NCBI GenBank assembly: GCA_043228905.1
Contig: JBHGNT010000003.1
Span: 62,001-126,000 of the forward strand
Direction: 5' to 3'
DNA length: 64,000 bases
DNA from: Azolla caroliniana
Lineage: Eukaryota > Plantae > Polypodiophyta
The position numbers were made by a program, and so were the translations under genes. Under the pieces are notes generated by a model that saw only the letters and a list, made by a program, of their open reading frames with translations, searched no databases and had not been told where the DNA came from. Below, one piece after another: positions 10,615 through 23,014 of the stretch; position 1 is the first letter of the stretch; the number at the start of each line of letters is the position of its first letter.

Positions 10615-13488
10615 GATGAGCTTTGATTCAAGAACAAAATGGAGGAAGCTCAAAGAAGATCGAAAGATGCAGTATGGTGTGATTGTGAAGAACCTACATT
10701 TGCTTCACATTATGTTTGTCTATCTATGTGGCCATCTGTATATGTAGCCGCATTGTTCGTAGTCACATTGTTCATCACCACACATGCACATCTTGCTTCT
10801 TTGGCATTACATGTATAATATAAATGTGGTTATTTGTTTTTGACTACCCTTTTTCAAAATTCCTTTTCTTTTCTTCTCCCTTTTTATTTATATCGTTTCC
10901 ACTAGATCTCACTCTTTCTCACTTTTATTTTCACTTATTTTGCCTCTTTTTTTTCTTGTAAAAGTAAGGTATATATTAAAACATGACAATATAAAAAACA
11001 CTTGTTGTCAATACGAGTGAGGATCTTAGGGTGAGGTAAATGGGCCTCTAAGGTATTTCTATGACTACCCAACATAAAAGAAAGTTTGTCAAGGACAACG
11101 TGCCTCACAAAACTTAGAAGCGAATATTGCCAAAATAATTTTCCATGCAACGCACAATATTTCGTGTGTGTGTGTGTCTCTCTCTCTCAATATATCTAAG
11201 ATATGTTGCAATGTATTCATTCTCAACCTCCCATCTATATTTTCACGTCGTATTATATTACCTTTTTTTCAATTGCCCTCTCTATGTTTACTCTCTCTTA
11301 ATACATTAGTAAATTAACTTCACTTAGTTTTATTGAATCAATTTTATGGGCAAATATTGCGTTGATTAACTTCTATAAAGTTTACCTACTAACTTATATT
11401 CGTAAATAGAGTTCATATAGTTAAATCACTTTGTTTAGTGTTTAGTAGAGGAGAAAAATGGTTTATTTGACGTCTCTCTATAAATTTCATTGGCAAGTAG
11501 TGGTTAACAGACATCATTATTGGCCACATTATTTACTCTATAGACACATTTCAACCATATGTGTTTTTGCTTTCCACATATCTTTAATGTAGTCCAATCC
11601 ATATATGTATGCATTTCCTTTACGGTCACATTGCACACTCTCAATTGCAATGCTCGTTAGTAAAATTCTTGAACATGAAGGGTTGGTACTCAACTCCACA
11701 CATAATACATGAAAATGTTTCAAATTTGGTCCCAAAAGTCATCTTGGCCCTGTAACATGAAATCTTTTTTTTTTCATAAAGTAATAGCATAATCTCTCTC
11801 TAAAAATGGGCTTCCTCGTGGATCCTAAAATAAAATATAATGTATATGTATTAAAATAACATAACTAAACAAAATCATACGATCCCAACAACAATACCCA
11901 TGATCTTATGGCTTGGTAAATGCTCAAACTTGCTATAAGACAACGTTACATAAAGAGGTTTCCTTCGAGGACAAGGTGCCCAAAGATCTCATTTGTAAAA
12001 ATTGTATACCTTCCTTTTAAACTATATTCTTGTTGTGGTATCCAACAAGTCCACTTCTCATCCTGCAATTGTACCACAACCTCAACATCTAAACACAACC
12101 TTATATGGTGGGGAGACTAAACCTCGCTCTCTCTCTCAACATATGTATAATATGGTATTTCCCATCTAAATTGTTATCTTAACTTAATAACGCCTTTATT
12201 CGCTCACCTATTTCACATGTTCACCTCTTTCTCTAACTTGCATCACATACATAAAAATACCATCATTGGTAGTGCTTTTACAATAATCCCAATGTTGTTG
12301 CTTTTTTGGGTCATATAACCATATCAAATATCCAATGCAACATGCACTATTTTGTCAATTAGCCTACTTGAGCTTGTCTCTTCTTATTAGTTTATCTAAA
12401 TTCATTTAGTTAGGTATGTTTCAAGAAGAGGAGTGTATGTGAAATTGTTCTTAATGTTCAATTCATTTTTTGTCTGTTTGCTTTTAAGAGAATTATGAAC
12501 TAGGATATTTCTATGTCCCAATCTACTAGAAAACAAAAAGTAAAACATGAACCTCATGTATTTCCTATTTAGATGGAATTCTTAACACTATACCCAAAAT
12601 TCTATGGAAATAAGTAGGGCCAAGTATCACATCGAATATATAAGTCAGGCCAAGAAGTACATGTTACAGAACAAATGTGCAATGTTAGAGTATGTGTGGA
12701 TGCACTCAAACCATATAGTAGGCTATATTTTATGGTAATGTGTCGCAATTATGCAAAACCATTAGTTTAATGGAAATTGCCTTTAGTTATGCTATTACAT
12801 CAACATAAATTAGTTTTGATAGTTCTAAGCACCAATGACATAATTCTTTGCTAATGAATGTTAGTGTGGCATGTGCACATGCATGTATGTGATAGTGAAA
12901 AGAACACAACGCTTTACATGTAGTTAACTATAATTCTAACAATAACATTATAACGAGAAAAATAAATAAGGGGGTACAAAAATATTATATGAAAGTTTTG
13001 AGGTGATTGATGAACATGGCAAGTTAAAACTTGTCATATTTTTTTAACAAGATTTGTACGTTTATGTGTCCCAATTTTTAATGAGTAATTGAAAGATACT
13101 TACCGATTTCCCTGCAAGGTCTTCAATATTTCATCTAAAAATTATGATAAGGTAGTAATGTTTTGGTCTTGGCCCTAATGATAAAGGTAAATTAACATCA
13201 TGCCATAATGTCCCAAGTTTACGGTTTAGGGTGGACATGTAATTTAGAGTTGTGCATGGTGTTGTACATGTCCGACTACTAGCATTTCAACATTTGATCA
13301 TGTTTGTTCCAATAATCGGGGATTGGTATCAAGCAAACTTCCAATCAACATTGAAACCTTGTGCATGCAAAAATGGTCAAGGAGGATAAAAATCCATGCT
13401 CGATAGTCAATGGTGTATGACATTCATCAAGATGCATTCTTCACACATGGTATTAGTGCAAATAGTTTGTTGTTAATGTCTCAATACA

Positions 13489-15030
13489 ACATATTCAGCA
13501 CATAGTGTCACTGAGATAGCAATATGCCGTCGAGGGTGTGGATCACTTCAATCCGAGATGGTAATGAAGGTTACTTAGGTCCTACATTTCGAATGCGTCC
13601 GACAGTTGGGACTTAACTTGGTCGATTTCAGCGAGTCCGGGTCCGATGATGACTAGATCATCCACATATAGCAAGATGCACACCAGACCTTCTGAACCAC
13701 TACGAATGAACAATGAAGAGTCAGACTTCGAGATCGTAAACCCCATCTTACTCAATTGGCGCATGATTTTCGAATTCCAAGTGCGGGGGGCTTGCTTTAA
13801 GTCGTAGAGTGACTTCTTGAGTCGGCATACTACCAACGTGTTCATCTTCGACTAATTTAATCTGGGGAACTGGATCATATAGACTTGTTCTTCAAGATCA
13901 CCTTAAAGAAACGCATTCTTCACATCCATCTGGTGAAGATGCCACCCCCTTGCCGCAACAACTGCTAGCACCACACGAATAGTCGTCATCTTCTCTACTG
14001 GACCGAAGGTCTTGTCGTAGTCGATTTTGTGGGTTTGTGCGTAGCCGTTCGCCCCTAGCTAGGCCTTGTACTAGTTGACCAAACCGTTACTATTATACTT
14101 TGCCTTATATACCAACTTGCATCCGATCGGTTTGTAGTGTCGGGGAGGGTCAACCAGATTCCAGGTGTCATTGAAATCGAGTGCATGCATTTCTTCCTCC
14201 ATCGTGGCACACCAGTTCGCATCTTTCGGCGCTTCTGCGTAGCTCTCCAGATCACACACTTCCGCCACTTTCGTCATGTACGCATAGTAATGCACCATGT
14301 ACTCATTATAATTGTACCGTTTCATGGGGTTCTTATGACGAGTACTTCTCGTTAGCCGAGTTAAGGGCTCTATTTGCCGATTCGAACTTCATCTCTAAAG
14401 GTCCGTTTTCGTTCTTTCCGGAGTCGGATTCGCTCAGATTCAACTCATCTCTGCTAGTGTCATATTTCGACATCTTCTTCTTCCCCTTCTCCTTGTGTGT
14501 GAACCGTCTCCTTGGTTCCTTGCATAGGGAGAGCACGATCGAATCTCCACTACTCGCCGGCTCATCATCTTGCTAGTGTGTCTAACTTAGCTCTTCATTC
14601 GGCCCACTTAGCCAGAATGAAATTGGACTCTTGTGTAGAGTACCAAACTCTTCTTCATCATCTCATCGGATCATTTCGGGCTCATTCTCCTCATCCTCCA
14701 GAATCAAATAGTCGGAATTGTTGGACGTTAGATGCAGAGTCGGTAAGTAGTACCATGATGCCGACTCATCAAACTCGACATCTCGGCTTACTGAAACATA
14801 TTTAGTCCGGGGGTTACAACACTTATACCCCTTCTGTTCGTATGAGTAGTCGACAAAAATGCACTTCTCTGACTTCGGTTCTAGCTTTCTCGGCTTCTCA
14901 TCCGGTACATGCACATAGGCTATCTACCGAATACCCTGAGGTGTCTTATGTTTGGCTTCACCCGAAATACAGCTCGTGTGCCGAAACTTTCTCCCCGATT
15001 TGGTTTGGAGTGTAGATGACCGTCCGGACC
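13489..15030 (-). pseudogene. pol: Copia integrase-RT fragment, same family as Copia-B, no LTRs
   Basis: LKKSLYDLKQAPRTW, LLYVDDL, KLEPKSEKCIFVDYS, RYNYNEYM.HYYAYM shared with 43582-43779. Confidence 0.9.
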
Positions 15031-16293
15031 GCAATTACGCACGAACGAGAAGAAACGATTAGCCGTCCAGAGCCGTAACTTCTGCTTGGTAGAAGGAATC
15101 TTATATCACAAAGGTAGTGATGGAATTTGGCGACGCAGTGTACGTCAGGATGAGAAAGAAGCGGTCTTACGCGAGGCTCACTACGGTACGACAGGCAGAC
15201 ATTACGCGGGTGATGTTACGGCCCGGAAAATATGGCAAGCAAGCCTATGGTGGCCAACTACACAGAAGGATGCGTACGATTAGTGCAAAAAGTGCGATTT
15301 GTGTCAACGGATGGGCCAACCCACGAAGGGCGCAAGAGTGCCACACCAGCCTGTATTACCATTAGATCCCTTCCAAAAGTGGGGATTGGATTTTGTAGGC
15401 CCCTTCACACCGGCGGCGGTCCGTACGGGCAATAAATACATATTGGTGGCCACAGATTATTGCACCAAGTGGGTAGAAGCAAAGGCACTACGGGAGAATA
15501 TGGCGGTTGTCACGACGAGATTCCTTTACGAACACATCTGGTGTCGGTTCGATTGTTTGATTGAGCTTATCAATGATCAGGGGAGCCACTTTCTCAATAC
15601 GGTGGTTTGTGAACTAACACAACATTACGCCGTGGTCCACAAGAAGAGTACGCCATATTATCCACAGGCGAATGGGTTGGCGGAATCCACCAACAAGACA
15701 TTACAGACCATATTAAAGAAAATCGTCAATGAAAATAGAATGGACTAGGATACCAAATTACATAGTGTGTTATGGCGTACAGGACCAGCTACAAAACAAG
15801 CATACAGTCAACACCGTTTCGACTAGCGTTTGGGCTGGAGGCCGTTATACCAGTAGAGTTTCAGATACCCAGTTTACGGATTCAAGTACGAGACCGACTA
15901 TTTGAAGCGAAGTCGGAGGAAATACGACTCCACCAGCTACTTGAACTCGGCAAAACACACGTACACAGCATGCCTGTGTTGGAGCAGGAATAGCGACGGC
16001 GAAAAGCGTTTTTAGATCAACATCGGAACGCACGGGAAAAGGATTTTGCGGTCGGTAGAGCAGTACTGGTTTTCCAAACCCGCATGGGGCATATGCCAGG
16101 AAAATTACAATTCCGTTGGACAGGCCTGTATTGGATAGTAGGAGCGGAACAAGGCATGTTTCAACTGGGCACACTGGCCGGGGAAGTATTACGACAAAAA
16201 GTGAATGGGTTTCGCCTTAAACCTTATCTGGGACCTACGCCACCTAATCCATTCCCCGCCGGACAGGACAAAGCCGGAGAACACACGGAGTAA
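15031..16293 (+). pseudogene. int: Gypsy integrase (zinc finger, DDE core, GPY/F-like module, no chromodomain)
   Basis: PFQKWGLDFVGP, LVATDYCTKWVEA, DQGSHF, STPYYPQANGLAE, KLQFRWTGLY, VNGFRLKPY; internal stops. Confidence 0.93.
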
Positions 16294-16627
16294 GTAGACA
16301 GCACCACTTGTATTATAGTGTAAAAATAGGCTTGTATGTAACCGTTACGAAAAAAAAAGAAAAAAAGAAAAAGAAAGAGAAGATAGCAACGCTATTAAAT
16401 GACTTAATTCATGCACACACTTCTAGACCAAGAACACACGGCACCACGATGGCTCACCGACCAATGAACCCTAGGCCACAAAAAGAAGGAAATAGAAGGT
16501 TTTCTGCACAATACAGAAATCAACCTCCTAACTCTCAGCGGTCTCATCGCTGTCCTGCCTCACCTTCTCAATCTTCACGCCACGAGCCTACTCTAACTAT
16601 GCCGATATTCATCTCTACTGCCTTGCG

Positions 16628-19305
16628 ATGATGGCTCGTGGAGAAACGCTTGGATGGGTACATAAGGCACCTCCACACCTTGATGCACTGGACATCGCCA
16701 GAAAGCTCAACATCGACACGGTCACCAACTCATCCATCCGAAAAAAGTTGGACCTGTCATTACTAGGTGAAAGGCATTTCGAAATCCCTCCTACGGAGTC
16801 GCTGCAGAGATATTTCGGTCCATATTCCTCATCTGCCAAGGCATATAGAACGAAGGAGATCTTGGATCCTTTTTTCCGCGAAATTGCCAAGTTCCTATTA
16901 GAGGTCGGATGCGTAGATGTAAATGCATATGGGATGCCCAAGCAGAAGGCAGGTATCATCATTGATACCTTTGAAGGGCGTACGGTCGATTGGGGGGTCA
17001 TCACGGGGCCGGCGTTAAGGGAAGGCCTGCATGCGTGTCAAGGAGGCAAAAAGCTCAGGCCCACCATACAACAGTACCTCACGGTACTATTCCCACCCTG
17101 AGGCCTGCCAGCACCGCAGCCCAGCAGGCCCACACCGCCGCCTCGATCGGTGAAGCGAAGGTTAGCGGAGTTAGCCACCACAGAGTGGGAGGATGAGCCC
17201 CAACCCACCTAGCCAAACACGCGAACAACGCAGGAAGAGCAGGTGGCGCACACCGAGGAAGCGGCACAGGAGCCAAACGCCGAACCACGACAGGAAAGCC
17301 CTAGGCCGAAAAGGTGGAGGCTGGACAGGAAAGATGACCGAGGATTAGTTAAAGATGCAGTCGCGGCTGCGAAGACAACGACTGTAGGCACCAGCTCCGC
17401 AACTACGGAGCCCAATAGCACCTTCAAAATAATTCGGGAACCACGACCGATCATTACGGCCTAGTCACAACGAGGGAAAGCCATATTGATGGCGGAAAGC
17501 GAGGTGCTGGCGTATCCGGATATCCCGGACACAACCCATGAGTTCGGCGCACTATTACAGTTCACAACCTCTTTTGAACTCATAGAATTCTTGGTAACGC
17601 AACAAATAAAAGTCTCACAACGAATGGCCGAGGAGCACGTGGAGCGCCAAATGATCGAGCGCACATTAACACAAACGACGAAAAGCGACGATGAGGACCA
17701 GTTAGCCAGAGTCGGCAGACAGAGAAATGTCGGGATACGCTGAATGGGGATGGAACTACCCCCATTAAACGCGGCCCTTGTCGAAGTTCATAGGGAACTG
17801 GCAAAGGTCAGCATGGGCGCCAAGGAGATGGCCATTAAAAATAAAAATGTCTGGAAAAAGGTTCAATTGACCCAAGCTGAGCTGCAAAAACCCAATGAGC
17901 GCATTGCGGAGTTGGAAAATAACGCGACTACGACACAACAGGCAGCTCCACCACCAAACAACACCGTCGAAGCCCCGAGGGAAGAGATTGAGGCTCAGAC
18001 TGCCATTGCCTCAAAAGCAAAACTGGTTGTACAACTAGCGGAATCAGAGATTGACCGCCTACGAGCTGAACTTCGCCTGTACTCAGACAGAGAAAAGGAC
18101 ATCCGGGCCAACGGCCGAAAAGCAATGAAGACCCTTGAAGAGAAACTCGGAGCGGAGACAACATAGCACACCCGGACAAAAGAAGAAAAGCCCAATTACA
18201 GGAGGAAGCGAAAAAATCAGAAGCGGGAATCACGGGACTCCGGGCCTTATGAGTGAAAAAGAAAGCATGGTTTGACGAGCAGCTGGTGGGAGAACAAGAG
18301 AGACGACATCAGCTCGAAGTCCACTTGAACAATGAAATGGGAAGACTAGAAGAACTACATGCGAAGGAATCCCATTTTTGGGCAGGTATGAGGAGCACGT
18401 ATGAGGAAGCGGCGGCAGTTAATCAACAAGAAATTGCAAACCTCAAGAAATCGGTAGAAGAAGCACGTAACCGTTGCCAAGCCATAACAGACAACATGCG
18501 TATCCTTCTGCAAATAAATCGGGAGAGGTTTACGGCACAATTAAAAACGGCGCTAGACAAAGGATGGATGGCGTCGGTTGCACAAGTAGCGGAATTACAT
18601 ACGTATCGAGCGAACTGGGAGAACCGGAGGAAAGACGGTCGAGGCTTCTATAAACTCAATGAGGATAGCATTGCGGGAGTACGCGAGGACCTAACGCAGG
18701 ACTATCGCATGCTAGCGGACCAACATTCTGAAGAACTCGCGCAGCTACTAGATGATTTTGGCGAAAGTCAGGAGGACCTGTTTCACCAGATCATGCAAGC
18801 CGGCAGCACATGAACAAACGAGGAATCCATCACGACACCAAGTCCGGATACTGCGGAACAAGAGGAACCTCAGGACAGGTCACTAGAAATTACCACTATG
18901 GGGAACAACGCGGAACGGCAAGCGGAGTCCCCCGCAATACTAGACAGCGAAACCACCGCCCAAGTGGAACCCCATCCGCCGGAGCATACACTTATGGCTT
19001 ACCGCACGAAGAACGTCCCGGACCAAGAGGAACCACGAACCCACTCCCTAGAGCATACAACCGCGGCCGACATCACGGGGGAAGTGATGGACGAAACAGA
19101 ACCGCGACCTCCCACAAGCTCGTGGACGTCGGAACTAAACCCCCTAGCTCACCAAGAGCCCACAGAGAACGACGTCGACACCATGAGCAACCCTCTAGAC
19201 CAAGGAGGGGAACCACACAACAACGCGACTACGGGCCCTACGCCATCCCAAGACACGGACACCGTAGCAGAACCAAACGTCAGGGCCATTTTGGAGGAAG
19301 ATTAA
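16628..19305 (+). pseudogene. Extra ORF after pol (~890 codons): globular N-terminus, coiled-coil middle, acidic Pro/Thr tail
   Basis: ORF pieces 16628, 17243, 17486 and 17744 share a frame; 18253 and 18898 follow one frameshift; stops are sense codons in the second copy. Confidence 0.75.
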
Positions 19306-19333
19306 AGGGGTGGGTCCAACGTGCCATGGCACT

Positions 19334-19350
19334 GTCCCATAGGCGTGCCA
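19334..19350 (+). promoter_or_regulatory. tRNA-Arg 3'-end-like sequence (antisense PBS) at the PPT position
   Basis: GTCCCATAGGCGTGCCA + GG directly before the 3' LTR start TGTTG; function inferred. Confidence 0.7.
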
Positions 19351-19352
19351 GG

Positions 19353-19801
19353 TGTTGTCAGCCGGAATAGTAACCGACGGACAAGAGTGTTGTAGTATGG
19401 AATAGAAGAATAGTGTAACACATGTAACGGTACACGCGGGAAGCATGAACGGCTAAAAGACCCAGCGTATATAAAGGGCAGAAAACCTCTGATAGAGGCA
19501 GCATGTAATTTTCAATGTAAGAGGTGTATCGTAATAGAGTGCTATCTTCTCTGATATCTGTGTGTAGCTACGGTTAATCTACTGTGTGTCTGTAATTCTT
19601 AAGAGCCTAGGAGTAAGTAACGGTGTGTGTGCTAGCCCACTGTCTAAGGAGCTCGGTTGTAGCCGTCTCCCTTATACGCTGCTAGGTTATGGGAAGTATC
19701 CCACTAAGTATTACGCACAGACGCTACCATTTGTTGTGACACAGTAACTTCGAGGTCTAGGTCGAAGGACTGACCATAGACCGTGTTACTAATCGGTAAA
19801 A
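19353..19801 (+). repeat. 3' LTR of extra-ORF Gypsy
   Basis: TGTTGTC...GGTAA(A)A; TATATAAA at ~19468; homology to 37904-38349 ends at the distal terminus. Confidence 0.85.
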
Positions 19802-22800
19802 CTCACTCTTTGAATTTCCATGGCTGGTTGCCATGGTTCCCTTTTCTCCTGCAGAGCATAATGCTTCATGCTTTGTGCATGTGCCACCTTCATCTCGACC
19901 ATCTCCTTGGTCATTGTTCACTCTTGCCTTCCTCGGGTTGATGTCATTATTTGTATTGTCTTGGCCCATCTCTTCCTCTTCACCGCCATCTATCTCTTGG
20001 GTGTCACGTTGGTTCCCATATGCAACTACCAAAGTCTCTAGATGAAGTGTTAGGAAAGTGTCTACATGGGTTTTTACCATCACATTGTTCATATCCATCT
20101 TTGCCTCGACGTTGTTATTTGGATTGGATTTAATCTTTGCTTCTTTGCCACTTTCCATCTCTTCGGTCTCACGTCGGCTTTTGGATGCACCTGCCCAAGT
20201 CTCCGGAACATGTGTCAAGAATTTCTCATCTTTATCGGCTTTTGCCTTTGTCATGTTGTCCATAGACATCTCCTTGGCTATCTCTTTGTCACTCGCATTA
20301 GCTTTATCCCTTGCTTCCCCGCCACCACTGTCCTTCTCTTGGGTCTTACATTGTTAATGCCCAAGTCTCTCGAACGAGTGTGGAGGGATCCATACTATTA
20401 GAGATATGTACTAATGTAAGGAAAGGATAAGGATAAACGATAGATCTAGATAGAGAGGGGAGAGAGAAAGAAGGGTGCCGATCCACCTGACCACCCCCGA
20501 GCGAAGGGATCGAGACGGACTCGAGCCTCGATTGGCGTCCCATACCACAGTCGTGGCGTCGAGTTGTACCTGGTGCTGGCGCGCTCACTACAATAGTTGA
20601 TCCACCACGAAATAGAGTCTCGATGTAGTTAACAAGATGACGAAATGAGGGTAGCTAGGCCTCTTATTTATAGCGATACCCAAGGCCCCCAAGCAAGTTC
20701 ACACTTGTCCTAATGGGTTGTCTCAATCCCGAGGATTAAAAGTAATCCTCCCCTTCTTTACAATCTCGTTTAACCTTCACACTTGTCCACGTGTATAGAA
20801 TACTACGGTAAATTCTCACCACGGGATATTATATGGTCATGCCCGTAACACATACGTTTTTATAGTTTGTCTTTGCCGTGCTACCCTTAACCGCTTCCAC
20901 CTTATGGTTGTCCGCATTGACTTTGTCCTTTGTTTCTTTGCCGCCACTTTCTGTCTCTTGGGTCTTACATCGGTTAATGTCCAAGTCTCAAGAACCTTTG
21001 TGGGGAAAGTCTCTTCATGATCGTCGTCTACCCTCTTCGGCTTGATGTCTTCTTCTTCGTCCCATGTGTTAGCTTCGGCCTTCACTTCCTCGCCGCCAGC
21101 TTCCGTCTCTTGGGTCTCACATTTGCTTTTCGACACAACTGCCCAAGTCTCTAGAACAAGTGTGGAGAAAGTCTCGACACGGCCATCCGCCATTGACTCG
21201 TCCATAGTCACCTCTGACTCGATGTCATTTTTCGTGGCTATCTCCTCAATCATGTCCACGTCACACATTTGATCTCCCTTGATCATGGAAGCTTTGCTCA
21301 TGCTTGCACCTTCATCACTTGATGTTTCAGACACGATGCATATTTCGAAACATTTCTCTTCGCTTAAAGTGGCATTCGCCACCCTTGATTCATTTGTTTC
21401 ATTCTTCATCATTGTTTCTTTGCAAGACGAGAAGGTCTCTTGTTCCACATCTTCTCCCGTGGTGTTGTCGTACCAAACTTGGGCCTTTGTATTGGTCGTA
21501 TTATTACTCCACCTTTTTTGGGAAGTCTCTTCTTTCTTGATAACCATTTTAATCGGTTTTGGTTCCATTATAAGATTCTCTTTGGCCTCAACTTGCACCT
21601 TTAAATTCTCATATGCCTCGTTTATAAAGGCCTCTATGTCGAGTACCATCGAACCTTCCCTCTTCAAGCTCTCTTCTTTAGGTGGTAGTTTGTAGTTGCT
21701 TCCTATCCTCCTTTCACCATTCGTCATGGGTTGTGTTGTTGTTGATGAGAATCTTGTCTTCCTCTTATCGTGTAGTCAAAATTCTCTTTCCACTTTCATC
21801 CAATCCTCGGTGAGGCCATTTGCTCCATCGTCATCCTCAAGTCGGATTCCAATGGCCTTTCTTTCCTTCAGATCTATTGATTTCACGAACATTAGGACTT
21901 TATCCACCCCCACCAATTTTTTATCATGCTCCGAGAGTTGTGCAAAGCGACATTCGAACTCAACGAGAGCATGCATGGCACTTTCGTGGGTCTTTAATGA
22001 TGATACCCATTGGTTGAACTCGTATACACTGCATCTCTTCGGCTCTTTGTATTTATATGCCTCCATGAGATATCCTCCTGCTACCTCGTTTCACGTTGGG
22101 TGCACCAAAGATGTCTCGAAAATACGACGAGGATACGTGAACTTGAGGCAGGACCCCGTGGCCTCTGACCAGAGGAAATCACATTCGTGTCTTTATACTT
22201 CAAGAATTAACGGAAACAAGAAAATTTCATAAAGTTTATTAGTAAAGGGAAAGAAAATTTACAATGTATGCCAAGATTGAGATTACAGAAGTTTAGGTTT
22301 AAAGAGATTAATAGATAAGAAAAATTACGGTTTTTGGTTTCGATATGAAAATTAGGTTTCTACTCCGTCGCCGTCCGGTTGCCGATTTCTGGCTCCGTCT
22401 GGTTGCCGGTTACCGGCTCCGTTCAATAGGTCGTCGGTTGCCAGTTCCGTCGCAATCCGGTTCCGGTTCCCAACTTCATCACCGGCTCCGTCCGATTTCC
22501 AATTGCCGGTTGCCGTCTCATTCGGTTCTGGTTGACGGCTCCATCCAGTTTCCAGTTACCATCTCCATCCGGTTTCTGGTTCCCGGGTTTGTTGCTTGTT
22601 CTATCTGGTTGCCGGATCCATCCGGTTTCCGGTTCCCAACTTTGTTGCCGGTTCTATCCAGTTGCCGGCTCCATCCGATCACCGGTTCTTTAGCAACATT
22701 TGTCCATGTAGACAAATTGGTCCAAGTCCAACCATTCTGTTTGTGCTCTCAAGACATAGATAAAAACTAATGGTTCTCAATCTGGTTATATAGATGGATC

Positions 22801-23014
22801 CAAAATTTTCGTATTTATGTGGGATATTTCACAACTCTATTTTCCTTATCTTCTCAAACTTCACACTCACATAACTTGATACTTATTTATCCATTTCATG
22901 TGTAGTAAAATGCGTTATGAAGCTCTAGAAGACATCTATCTTTCCATATCAAACTATTAAGCTAATCTTAAATAATTATTTTACTAGTTTTTTTCATATC
23001 GTGTGTTTTCGACA
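19802..23014 (-). mobile_element. Trp-PBS Gypsy derivative: LTR, partial gag and long acidic repetitive ORF, no pol seen
   Basis: LTR 22112-23014, PBS TGGTGCACCCAACGTGAA 22090-22107, gag 21776-22066 (EFECRFAQLSEHDKKLVGVDKVLMFVKSID), ORFs 20837-21727 and 19757-20269. Confidence 0.8.
20396..20850 (-). mobile_element. Solo LTR (455 bp) with 5-bp TSD
   Basis: Minus strand TGTTACGGG...CTAATA; TSD CATAC at 20391-20395 and 20851-20855; TATA-like CTATAATAAGAGG on minus. Confidence 0.88.

Larger units (their letters stand above)
15031..19801 (+). mobile_element. 3' half of a non-chromovirus Gypsy: integrase, long extra ORF, 3' LTR
   Basis: Integrase 15031-16293, extra ORF 16628-19305, LTR 19353-19801; second copy inverted at 37904-40513. 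Confidence 0.9.

Noticed and set aside
9892-10653. ORF-track start at 10653
   Set aside because: That codon is TTG; the first ATG is at 10614 and gives a normal signal-peptide position.
10700-13480. Possible gene or element in AT-rich DNA upstream of the STIG1-like gene
   Set aside because: Only short low-complexity ORFs; no termini, TSD or splice-consistent exons that I could identify.
19292-19314. Canonical PPT of the extra-ORF Gypsy
   Set aside because: Ends ~40 nt before the TG LTR start and overlaps the extra-ORF stop; a role cannot be fully excluded.
22345-22770. 141-aa Arg/Pro-rich ORF
   Set aside because: Produced by CCGGTT-type tandem repeats inside an LTR.
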